Assembly (NCBI GenBank): GCA_002633005.1
Contig: NMRA01000126.1
Location: forward strand, 16,979 to 80,978
DNA length: 64,000 nt
Origin: Phoronis australis
Taxonomy: Eukaryota > Animalia > Phoronida
Reading direction: 5' to 3'
The notes beneath the pieces were generated by a model. That model was not told where the DNA came from. It saw nothing but the letters and a program-made list of their open reading frames with translations, and searched no databases. Below, one piece after another: positions 13,201 to 24,427 of the stretch (position 1 is its first letter; every line of letters starts with the position of its first letter). Both the position numbers and the translations under genes were made by a program.

Positions 13201-14435
13201 AGTTGGAAAAACTGACTCGTACGTAAAGGACTCGAAGCACTTCGTGTCAATGTTGTCATCGGTCAGCATTACATCAAATGACACCATGGTGAGCTTTGAT
13301 GTCGAAAGCCTATTCGCAAATGTACCAACATCAGAGGTTCTCCCGTTACTCAGGTCAAAATTAGAACATGACCACAAGCCATCAGAGGATGTAAACCTCC
13401 CAATAGGCTGAATTCTGGAATTGGTGACATTGTGTGTCAATACCACCTACTTTCAATACCAATACAAGCTCTACGAGCAGACACAAGGAATGGCAATGGG
13501 TTCACCGCTGTCACCAGTCTTAGCTAAATTGTACATGGAGTGGTTCGAACAAACAGCTCTCAGCTCAGCTAACAGAACCCCGAAGATGTGGAAACGATAC
13601 GTTAATGACACATTCACAATAGTCAGCCAAGACTCCGAAAATCCGTCAGATTTCCTTGACCATCTGAACAGCACAGCGCCAACAATTAGACGTACTAGTG
13701 ACTCGTGTTGAATGACAGTTATCAACGTCAGTCTAATATAAGAAGACCCACACAGGACGACATCTCGACTTCAACTCCAACCACACCAAAGGAGTCAAGA
13801 AGGGTATATTCAAATGCCTTGCATCAAGATCAAAAAAATCTGCAGTGATACAGCACTCCAAGCAGAAATGATCAACTTGACGGAGACATTCGAAAGAAAT
13901 GGCTACCCAAGGGATTTCATCAAGTCAGCTTTATCATCGCAGAGAAAAGAGCAAGTGGCAGAAGAACGCCCAGAGCAGACTCTGCACTTACCGTATATAC
14001 CTGGAATAACCGAGAAGCTAGGACGCATATGTAAAGAATTTAAAATAAGAACAGTATACCGAAGCTCAGACACACTGGGTCGGCGACTGACGAAAGGCAA
14101 ACCAAGAACTGACACGGGGAAAAAGAAAAATGTCATCTATGAAATCCCATGTGAATGTAGTGAATCATATATCGGTGAAACATTAATATAAGACAACTGG
14201 AGATGAGAATTTCTGAACATAAGAGGTGTTGTAGAGAGGGTAATACCTCATCAGGAGTAGCAGAACACATGTGGTGGAAACAACGCAATACCCAGTAGAA
14301 TAACATCCAAATACTTGACAGTGAAACAGGTTGGACCAAGAGAAAGTCATGTACATGAAAATACAAGGCAATGTCTTCAGTCAGCCAAGCAAACAACCAA
14401 GTGACACCTGGCTCAGTCTACTTAGGAAGGTTTAA

Positions 14436-14507
14436 GTGGTGGTTAAGGTGCTGGACTCGAATTATCTGTAGTTTAAGAAGTCGTGGGTTCATGTCCTGCC
14501 TCGGACA
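14436..14507 (+). mobile_element. tRNA-derived SINE-like head inside the PLE 3' region
   Basis: A-box-like tggttaagg, then gctggactc, then B-box-like ggttcatgtcc. Confidence 0.5.
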
Positions 14508-14561
14508 TAAATCACACCAGTAGTGTACCACATATCCGAGCTCGTTCTTCTAAGAACGCGG

Positions 14562-14607
14562 GAACACCTGACGATAGCCGGAAAATAGACCGACCGAAAC
14601 GCCGTGA
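14562..14607 (+). ncRNA. Degenerate minimal type I hammerhead ribozyme (PLE-associated)
   Basis: cac-CTGACGA-t-agccgg[aaaataga]ccgacc-GAAAC-gcc-gtg: core CUGANGA and GAAA, short stem I cac/gtg, mismatched stem II. Confidence 0.6.
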
Positions 14608-14894
14608 CAGTGTAAATAGACAAGAGGTCGGCGTAAAGACCAAGAAATTTTAATAATAGTTTTGACAGGGCTTTCTAATGACATGGTGCTTATGCACTTC
14701 GGTTAAAAAACAGCGGAGTCGCAAAAAGTTTTAATGACAGTAAATTCCATAGCAGATACACATACCTGAACAAACGAATGCAAACAACCCTCACACGGTC
14801 GTGAGATCGGGGTTGGCATTCCAGAGCTACAGTTTTATGCTCTTATTAGCTTGACAGTAGATGGACGTATCTGACTACCGCTGTGGTTCCTATA

Positions 14895-16075
14895 AGTTTT
14901 TACCTTTGCCTTTGTGTCTTTTTAGTTATTTGACGGATTTTCATGAAATTTGGCAAATAGTTTTGAGACATGACTCCTTCCCATATTAGGATTGGTTGAA
15001 TGTGTTTAGTGCCATCTATTGGACGTTTTTTATGATACAAATAAAGACCCCCTTGAAGCACAGCGTTTGCGGTAGGTCTACATTCGTGTGCGCATTTCAA
15101 CCCTCCCCGTCACTCTTGTATGTACATTTCATTAAAATTTGCTCGGCACGAATTGTTTCAGTCTGTATAATTTGGCGATCGTGTCATAGTTACGTTAGTA
15201 AACAAACCTTAGAACACTTGTAGTGCACGTGTGCCGGAATTAATTCTCAGTCTTGACTTTGGAAATTACTCTGACAACCATTTCGGTTAAATTGTCAAAC
15301 ATAATAAAAATAACTTTTAAGTTTCTCAGAAATATTTTATAACCTGTCAATTTCATTATTTAATTGCCAGCTATTTATCAAATTTCATAAAAATCCGTCC
15401 AGGAACTTCCGAGAAACGGACAAAAATGTACATGCTACAAGGGGCACAACATTCGTTGCTTTCGTCTGAAAGTCGGCGTCTTCCGTTGTCAACTTATATA
15501 AATAGTCTTGCTAAATTTCATAAAGATCCCGCAGTAGGTTTACGGGGTACAGCTATGGGTGCAAATAAAAAACTACCACTAGGAGGCGTCACAGTAGTCG
15601 AAGTAGTCGGGAAATCGCGTCAACCGTCGTCCTCGCACTGAGATCATAAGCCCCAATTTTCACAATCATTCTTAGAGTGGTTTGGTTGATAGAGAGGCGG
15701 TCACAAAATAGTAAAAAGTTCCACAAATGGCAGAAAATACGTCGAATCCATCCAAAAACAGGAACATGTCATTGTTTCCTTAATTCCAAAATTTCATAAA
15801 AATATGTTAAAGAACTACAGAGAAACTGAGGAAAACGGAAAAATGAAATTGCCACAAGGGGGCACAGCGTTCGTTCGATCCGTCTGAAAGTCGTTGTCGT
15901 TCGTTTTCAATTTCCTATAAATACACTTTCTAAATTTAACAAATGATCCTACGGTGGGTTTAGGACATACATAGTATGGACGCAAAAAATACAAAACTTG
16001 CCACTAGGAGGCGCCACATCCTCTTCACTCTAAGACATATATGCCAATTTTCACAATCCTTAGAGTGGTTTATGG
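14895..16075. mobile_element. Two diverged DINE/HINE-family fragments (+ at ~14895-15030, - at ~15380-16075)
   Basis: Share gacggattttcatgaaatttggc and (reverse) ccactaggaggcg subunit motifs with 26438-28432. Confidence 0.7.
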
Positions 16076-16374
16076 AAGATGTAACCTTTAACCTTTGAAC
16101 AAAACATTGGCGACTACAAGCTGCAGCCAGTAGGACTAAGAGGCAACTGATGCAAATCCTAACTGATTAAATGTAGTCGTAAAGGTATTTCAAATAATTA
16201 TATTCTAAAATGTACTTCGAATTGTTTTTCGAAACTACGTGCAACACTGGCTTGCTGTGCTGTAGACCTCAGATTTGGAGTACGATCAGACATGATAATC
16301 TGCCGTCAATATCCATCTTTTCAGTCACCTGTTTATCGAATGGCTGAGCGCATGCGCGCATTTATCATAAGTGG

Positions 16375-16729
16375 GAGGGAAATTAGAAACTCTGGTGACT
16401 ATGTTTTTCTTTCGTGCGTATTTCAAAATGGTGAATTTTGTGATTTTTGTGCCGGAAATTCCCTCATATGATAATTACACGTAGAGTGATGGTACTTTCG
16501 TCAGGAATTGTTTAAAAGACATTTTTGACGAGATTTTACATTCCATGGAAATCTCGTCGAAAATGTCTTTTAACCAATTCCTGACGAAAGCACCATCTCA
16601 CAACGTCTAGTACTGAGTAATGCACTTTCCCTTGTAAGGAAATTTCCAGAAAAATCACACAATTCCCGATTTCTGAAACACGCGCGAGGGAAAAACTTTG
16701 TGGTCACCACTGAGTTTATAATCTCCCTC
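16375..16729. mobile_element. ~355-bp foldback/palindromic element
   Basis: Core gatggtactttcgtcaggaattgtttaaaagacatttttgacgagattt is mirrored by aaatctcgtcgaaaatgtctttaaccaattcctgacgaaagcaccatc. Outer arms pair imperfectly. Confidence 0.8.
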
Positions 16730-17130
16730 AGTCAGTTGCTTGAAGTCGCTTGAGGTCAAAGGTCACATCTTCTACATAAGGGAAATGTGCTACGTCTATG
16801 TCTCGCCATCTCAAATAAGGAGACGTGCTTTGCCATGTGGGAGAAAAATCGAAGAAGTTGCGAGCAGTTGACAGATTGTTTTTCGAAATTTGAAACTAAA
16901 ATAAGATGCTTGATATCAACAGAAATTAAAAGCCTTTAAGAAAAACGTGACTGCCAGCAACCAGAATGACGTGGTGGATCCACGCAGCTCTAAGGGTCAA
17001 TTGAACCATAATCGCGTTTTTCTAAAAACAAATGGACTCTGTTTATTGTTAAAACTTACAATTAAATCGTTCTATTGTTAGCATAAGAACTTAAACTTTG
17101 CTCGCCAAAGTATATTTCCACATTTAAAGC

Positions 17131-17305
17131 CGCATTTCGCCCTGTTTAGCTGGCTAAAAACGAAATGTTGGGTTCTTAACTGAAGCGGTCTAGCGTTAAA
17201 ATTACCCCTGCCCATCTTAATTTCTTTTTCAGAATGAGCCAAACTCGAGCCAAACTCACACTGTGCGCAGGGGTCACTTTTCGAATTCTCAATATTAGCC
17301 AATCC
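17131..17305 (+). repeat. Dispersed repeat also present at ~36897-37050
   Basis: Shared catttcgccctgtttagc..gctaaaa.cgaaa and ctttcgaattc.caat...gccaa blocks in the same order. Confidence 0.6.
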
Positions 17306-17699
17306 TAATGCATCGTGAAGTTGTCCACCATTTCAAAGTTCTTGCGCGATAGGGACTTAAGGAGTTGCGCATTTTGAGAACCATTTTTTTTTCAATGACA
17401 ATGGACAAGCTGGTACTGAAAACACTTTAAAATCTGGCCCTTCATCAGCTCAGAAGACAAATGGCGGGGCAAAATGACCATCGCAGATCACGGCGATCAA
17501 GTACTAAGGGTTAGGTCAAAACATTGCTTGTAAATAGCTGTTTGGAATGCCCAGAGGAAAAAAATATACTTTCAGCGAGGCCCCCTATATTAATATAGGG
17601 GGCCTCGCTTTTGAGGTCCGAAATTCAATTTTTTGCCTATGTCATTTTAATAAGAATAAGTCATTTTAAATAATAAGCTGTTATAGGCGCTCTTCCAAC

Positions 17700-18300
17700 A
17701 CTGTCTTGGAGGAGGGCTTCGAAACCAGCTCAAGCAAAAGTTATCTATACGAGAAAAGGAGTTTGACTATAAGAGTCAAAAGTAGAACGAGAAGGCAAAG
17801 ACTATGAAGAATACACGTACACAGATCGAAAAGCGTACGAACGCCAGAAACAGATTTAGCACGAGAATACAGTGCAATAAAAGAAATATGTGATGTCACT
17901 GCGTCATCGATGCATTGAAAAGAATTAAAGGGAAGACAGACACCTGGGTCAAGTTTAATGGGACGATAGCAGATGGCACGTTCCCCTTAGACAATACTAG
18001 CGTTCTCACTGTATTTAGATGTGGCAGAATTGTTTCCTTCGACAACATCGTAACAATGAGATACATGTATTCGAACGACATTGTAAAATATTGGCGGATC
18101 GGATAAAAACTTTATAACGGAATTTTTTTTAGGTACATCCGAGTGTTCAAGCATATCGGCATGAAAACTGGCGGGGGTGACCCATTATAATCGAAAACAT
18201 ACTTTGCCGTGCCAAAACGGTTAAGCATGTACCTACATCAAAAAGGTGGATACGTCTGAGGGAGCTATTGGTTCCTAGGATAGAAACATTGACTGGTTGG
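17700..18300 (+). pseudogene. Possible decayed coding relic, probably transposon-borne; family unassigned
   Basis: Protein-like fragments FPLDN...DNIVTMRY...KYWRIG*KLYNG...FAVP interrupted by stops and frameshifts. Confidence 0.3.
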
Positions 18301-19955
18301 CGGCTACGAAACTGAGCCAAATTTGAAAGACGGACAACAAAGACTTAAATAGAAAAATGAGAACGTAGAGGAACTGAGTGATTTGTTACAACTAGGGGCA
18401 AATATTTAAACAAATCCCCACCCCATCTGCGCTTTGAGTTGAAGGAATGTATATGCAAAATATGTGGCATTTTGTCACTGAGATTGAAAGAGGTAGTCGA
18501 CTAAGAAGGGACGTGAACTGGAATTGGAGAAATTCAAGAAGATGGGGATATTCTACATGACAAATGCGGAAATCAGTGTAATGAGTCATTCTCGCGACAA
18601 GCCTTGCGGTGTGTTCACTGTATACGAATTTTAGATGTTGGCCAGTTCGAAGTCGTTGCAACAGTCGGCTAATCTTCGTAGTGCTGGGGAATTTACGAGG
18701 TTTACGTCGTAGAAACCAATAAATCTCAGTTATTTCTGGGAGATATAGTCTGTGCAGTAAGTCAGACAGCAAGCTTTCGGTCGGGAATCCAATTGCAGAG
18801 TCATTTGACATTTTTTATCAAGATACTGGTTTATATGTACTGGAATGAGTTACTTTCTGCAGGTACTAATGCATAGTTAGACCACAACAATAAGTTGAAA
18901 ACACCATTGGCTCAATGCGAAACCGTACAGTTGCTCATGGCGAATACGGATAGTCACGCAAAACTCGAGTATGAAATGTCCCAACAGATATTTTGAGAGT
19001 AGGTGTCATAAAATGCTACATAACTTAAACTACAAATTACAAATATCAATTATATTTCTCATGCGCGTTGTCTATGGTTGTATGGTTGTACTCGAACACA
19101 AAAATTTAACCAAACAAGAACAAATGTAAAAATTGACTCTCGAAGCTTATCATTGGGTAAACAATCAGTGAGATCTCTTGAGCATAGTCAGTATGGGCAC
19201 CCTTTTAAAGTAATTAAAGTCACATTCAAGGACTACTCTTCCAATGAGTGAATGTCAACAGTTTCATTGCAAAAATTCATGTTTAACGAGGTAAACAATC
19301 TCATAAAGTACTCTTTGTCGGGGAATTTTTTCGATTTTGCTCATGACGAGGCCATACTCCTCATGACCAGTCCAAATACGTAGTACAGGTCCCCACACCG
19401 TGAATTAAATAGCAGTGATCTAAATTAAAGGATTATTTTTGTGTGGAAGACTGGTTCTCAATTAAAGACTTTGTTTCACCCTTAACAATATGTGCTGCAG
19501 CACTCTCAACTTAAATTTAGTTTTTGATGGTTTCAAATTGCATTGAAAACAGACTGGTGACAAATGGAGAGAAGTAAAACAAGTCACTAAATCTTAACAC
19601 TTTTTGTATTATAAATTTTATCAGTTCAACTTCATTTTTGGTACGTCCGCATATTATCCTGAGGTTTGAAAAAAGGTGAAATTGCCAAATGTTCGCAATC
19701 TGGATTTTAAGACAAACAAATTACATCAGAGGAAATAGTAGCAAAACTCCTCAGGCATGTCAGTATGGCACTATCCAAAACACTTCAGTCAAAAAGCTTA
19801 TACAACACAATGATACTAATTCTATGCTTACAATTACAACTGACTGACTCACATGTATTTTTAACTCATTTTGCCTAGAATAATTGACTTGCCATAGCAC
19901 TGCAATTACCAACTTTCACAATGAAAGCATTCCAACTCAAGCACTGGTAAAAAGT

Positions 19956-20807
19956 TCAGAGCACATGTTCAAAAGTCTTTCTGACAATAATGAAAGTAAA
20001 AAAATAAATGCAGTAATTACTGAGGCAGGTAGACAACGCACCCACAATATTGGTGTGAGTTCGAACTGAATTAGCAGGTATTCCACACATCATCAGAACT
20101 GATGCCATGAGTGTACTTTCTTTCTTAAATCCAAACTCAAAGCACCACATGACCAACTCAGTAACAGCAAACGGAAAGAAAATCGCGTGGCCAAATAGGT
20201 ATTGTAAGTCACACGAAATCAACACATTTACAATAACAGCGAGGAAAACGTGAATAAGCATCCGCAGAATGTTGACTGTCATTGTTGACAATCTGACTTG
20301 CACTTTCTCTTCATCCTGTGGATCAACCCAGTCTTCATCTTGAGAACCTGGAATGTCAACGTCCTCCATAAAGCGTGTCTCCCAACCGGCAAAGCTGTTT
20401 TCAGACTCCTTGAAATCTGTCTCAGCGCATTCGTCTGTTAGCATGCCACTCAGTTTGGATTTTGACTCTTCATCCTGCTCATCTGGAGTTTTCCACTTTT
20501 CTTCCTGTGACCCTGGGACGTCCGTGTCCTCCATAAATCTTGTTTCCCAACCTGCCAAGCTCGATTTTGACTCCTCGAAATCTTTCACTGACTCATTGCC
20601 TGGATTCTCGTTTGAAGCCTTGGCCCCATTTGAATCGTCCTCGTTCGGACTGTCCGATGTCCATTTTTTCTTGTCAGCTGTTTTCCCAGTAAGTTTTGCA
20701 AGTCTATCAGCTGATGAGTTTAAAATCTTTCGTCTTCTCAGTTCGGCTCGACTTAACTGTTCTTTCGAACCCGAGCTCTCACCTTCTGTTTCGACCTCGT
20801 CTGCCAT
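19956..20807 (-). CDS. CAMLG: CAML/GET2-like ER tail-anchored protein insertase receptor, intronless CDS, 283 aa
   Basis: N-terminal RAELRRRKILNSSADRLAKLTG matches the CAML/Get2 TRC40-binding basic motif, followed by an acidic linker and three C-terminal hydrophobic segments. Confidence 0.85.
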   Translation of the reverse strand: MADEVETEGESSGSKEQLSRAELRRRKILNSSADRLAKLTGKTADKKKWTSDSPNEDDSNGAKASNENPGNESVKDFEESKSSLAGWETRFMEDTDVPGSQEEKWKTPDEQDEESKSKLSGMLTDECAETDFKESENSFAGWETRFMEDVDIPGSQDEDWVDPQDEEKVQVRLSTMTVNILRMLIHVFLAVIVNVLISCDLQYLFGHAIFFPFAVTELVMWCFEFGFKKESTLMASVLMMCGIPANSVRTHTNIVGALSTCLSNYCIYFFTFIIVRKTFEHVL

Positions 20808-21138
20808 TTTTTGGAATCACCCCGTCTCGTAGCAAGGTCAAGGACAATAACAGCACAGCACAAGTATTGTTGACGTCACGCAAAAACTTCACAAACGGGG
20901 TGACCGGAAGTGGCTTATCGTGAAACGACTGGGCATTTCAAATCAATAGTTTCTGCAAAAGCACGGAGTGATTGCATGGCATTCTACAGAAATTAATATT
21001 ACATGCATTCCCCATGATATGGGAAGTTGCCTTAAAGCTTTATTTCGACATGAGAAATGCATAAAAACTCCGTTTTCATCAGCTACAGTTGTGACAAAAT
21101 TGAACGTCGGCGTCGGCAGCGTTGCAAAGACTACAAGT
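20808..21138. promoter_or_regulatory. Putative bidirectional promoter between CAML and RCAN
   Basis: 331 bp separate the divergent start codons. It contains a full CRE TGACGTCA (20871-20878) and an ETS/GABP site CCGGAAGTG (20904-20912). Confidence 0.7.
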
Positions 21139-21345
21139 ATGGCTGGAAAGCAACAAAGTGGGCAGTCCAGGGAATGTGATGAACTCGATGGCATTGATTA
21201 TGATTATGAACATCGTTTTATTAACCGCGATGATGGACTGAACCAAACACATGAAAGGGGAAGCTTAGAAGACTCTAGTGACTTGCCAAAATCAATTATT
21301 GTCGCAAATGTTAGTTTGTGCGTTTTTGAAGATGATGCTTCAAAG
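21139..21345 (+). CDS. RCAN: RCAN/calcipressin coding exon 1
   Basis: MAGKQQ...DLPKSIIVANVSLCVFEDDASK, donor AAG|GTGAGC, phase 0. An in-frame upstream ATG lies at 21019. Confidence 0.85.
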
Positions 21346-22720
21346 GTGAGCCCATGACCATGGGTTGGGTCTTTAAAGATGTCAATTTAACGCAACTACT
21401 GATACTGGTTGACTAAGCCTTGGTACAAAGCTGTATATTAAAAACACAGCTTTGTGCCGATGTGGGTAAAAAAATGTGACCAAATAAAATCTGACTCGAA
21501 ATTGGTGTCATTAAAAACTACATTCTTCCTTGTGTAAACAAAATTATCTACCAGTGTTAGAAAAATAGACGTTCTCTATTGGTTCTACTGTTATTCTGCT
21601 GGTAAAGTTATGTAGCGATCTTAAATGCATTTGGCTTTCGGCACCATGAAATATAGCGCATCACCTATTAGCCAGTTTCTTTTTAGACGATTTTCCAATC
21701 AACTGTTTTTCGTCCACAAGGCTGCGTACATTTCACAGCAACTTATTGGAATTGGTTTCACTTAATTAAAAGTTTTAGTATTTACTGCCAGCAAAACGAA
21801 TTTCAGAACAAATTTTGCAGCTATGAAGGTGCCATCATCTTCCGAGAGATGTTGCAATTTATGCATGCACATGACATGAGCGTACTCTTTTCGAAAGTAC
21901 GATAGACTTTACTTTGTTACAAAAGGTCGAGAGTTATTCAAGAAAATGTCATTTATTAGATTGTTTTTCACTGCAACGGGCTAGGTGAATGTCTGTTGAC
22001 TCCCAGATTTTGCATGCACCCCCGCCGGTCATTAGCTCTACATGATATAAATTTCACGACAAGGTGACGAGCAGAATTATCCGGACGGTGTGAAATTTTA
22101 GGGCTCGCTCATCCAAGAGGAAAAGTGCCTGTGCCTTCTGAGATGGAATGTTTGGGGGTGAGGAGAAAATTCTACCTCCTGATCACCATTAAGCCAAGGA
22201 AGGACCGTGGGTAATAGCACCCCCCACCCTGTTGCAAGCCCTCACAGGCTCTGCCTCTAGTAGCCTAAACTAAGGTTTTGCGCTCTTTCAAATTAATTGT
22301 CACCTGTGTGAGTTACAAGTGATTTGAACCTCGAGGAGAATTTTTCAATCACTAGTGGAATTTTCAGGCCTATGATGGGAATTTCGTGTGATTTTTCAGT
22401 AGTTTCAGGTGAATGGTGCAAATATTTGGCCCCAAAATTGAGGGATTGAGGGCCCTGAGTTTTGAGGTCTATTAGAGCTTAACACACAGTGATTCTTAGC
22501 TTTATTTTGACAATAGTCTTCATACAGGTAGCTGACTAACTTTTTCTTTCATGCAATATTTTAATTCTGGTAACTGGAGATGCTGAAATTTGGTAACTTT
22601 GTTTGAATAGCTATTTCATGGACCTTCTGCACTGTGGCCACTTGTTCACCAATGTTGAGAAGAAAAAACATTTCGCTTACTTTTCCGCTCTGTAATCTAA
22701 TTTGGTAGTACCCAAGTCCC

Positions 22721-22962
22721 CTGTAAAATCTCACCAATTTCAGGCACAAAGTAAAGTTCTGTCAAAAATGACTTTTTTTCGTTTTCAAGGTCTTCGAACG
22801 TGGTTGTGAATATCTGCAATTTTTCAAAACTATTTTAGCTGTGGTACAAAACTGTAATGTCAAATATCATTTAACTTGGTTCCACATATATTTGATGGAA
22901 TATGAAAAAATAAAATTTCACATGTCTTCCAGATTGTATCCCAAATTGGTGAGATTTTACTG
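22721..22962. mobile_element. MITE-like element in RCAN intron 1
   Basis: Terminal inverted repeats ctgtaaaatctcaccaattt / aaattggtgagattttactg. Confidence 0.6.
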
Positions 22963-24253
22963 TTATGTTTTCTTTTAGCATCTCATCTTGCTCATTGAGA
23001 CACCTCAGGAATTTTGTTTCAGACAGGCTCAATGTTCACGAAAATTTGCATCTAATTTACACCGATTTATTTTTCAGTATTATCAAAGTCTTTTATTCAA
23101 TTTTTTGTAATTTTATTTCAATTTTTGGACGCAGTTGATTAAAACTTGCATAATTCCTTCATATCTCCTGACCTATTGTAGTACCTCAAATTTGTGAAGA
23201 TCCTGTTTTCTAATAAATGACAATTTTTAATAAGAAATTATTGTGGCTGCTTGTCTCACTGTCCAAGCATACACACTAGCTACATGTCAAGAAATATGGA
23301 ATCTGCCGTGTTCCCAGTCTTCCCACTTTTGCCTGACTTCTTGTTTCGGAAGTGTCTTTCTTGTGTAGGGGTTTTCTTGAGTGTTGAAGGTCATTAATGT
23401 CTGTAAATACTACACACAGGGATATTTTATTATAATACAATAGAAGTGACATGCGTAGGTCTATGCAAAGCTTTTCACATTCAAGATAGACTATGGAGAA
23501 CATATATCAATGGATCTAGCTCAGTAGTACATCTCCCCAGATCTGCTCTAGACTACAGAACAGTAATACACCTAGTCTTCCCAAAGGCCTCACTTTTTCT
23601 TTGTCAACCCTCATAGCTCAAATTCTACATTCAGAGCATTGTTAGCATGTTGAAATAGCACTGCTATTTGCTTCTGTAGTATGCCGTCATTTTGACGTTC
23701 TAAACCTAGTCAAATAAAATTAAAATGCCAATATTAAAAACAACTACTGTAGGCCATATTTTGTTAACAATTACTAAGCACTTCAAAAATGAGTACCTGG
23801 CTGTGGACCTAATCAATTCCTCAAGTTCATATGGTGGATTCAAACTTTGTCAGAGATCAACAATTAGTTCAAACTCATAACATTGTGAACATTTCAAGTG
23901 ATAAATTGTCCCCATGGTTACATGAATTAGATAAAATCCAAGACCTGTCAATTTTTTAAATTGTGGTGTGACTATTTCTATTCCTATTTTTGAGTCCAAA
24001 CAACATCATAATATTGGCAGATAGGTCATCACTAAACATCCAAATATTGATAGTGAGGGTATCATGAGCATCTCCCAAATGATGTGCACTTTAAAACCAA
24101 CAAAAACATTAATCTCATTTGTAGTTTTTTGTTGCTAAGTTGTTGTTTTGATCAATACTGTTGTGAATGAGATATAACAAAAAATCTTGACATTACAATG
24201 TTGTGTAAAAGGCAATGTCGCTAAGTCGTTATATTGAAATATCTTTTTTGTAG

Positions 24254-24427
24254 GAAACATTTGAGAATGTCTTTCGTGAATATGAGTCTGATGTAACATT
24301 CAACTACCTGAAGAGCTTCCGGCGGGCGCGAGTCAACTTTTTGTCACCTCACTCTGCTCTTCAGGCCAGAGTCAATTTACATGAGAAGGAACTCTTGGGA
24401 GGATGTATCAAGTGTTACTTTGTTCAG
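24254..24427 (+). CDS. RCAN: RCAN coding exon 2 (RRM-like)
   Basis: ttttttgtag|ETFENVFREYESDVTFNYLKSFRRARVNF...CIKCYFVQ|gta; 174 nt, phase 0/0. Confidence 0.95.

Larger units (their letters stand above)
13121..14660 (+). mobile_element. Decayed, 5'-truncated Penelope-like retroelement (RT plus GIY-YIG endonuclease)
   Basis: RT motifs LRPIISNIDSP, MVSFDVESLFANVP, YEQTQGMAMGSPLSPVLA and WKRYVNDTF (catalytic DD altered to ND), then NGYP and the GIY-YIG motif NVIYEIPCECSESYIGET...RISEHKR. In-frame stops and frameshifts are present. Confidence 0.93.

Noticed and set aside
13042-13446. 134-aa minus-strand ORF
   Set aside because: Antisense shadow of the Penelope RT.
20353-20832. 159-aa Ser-rich plus-strand ORF
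   Set aside because: Antisense shadow of the acidic CAML linker.
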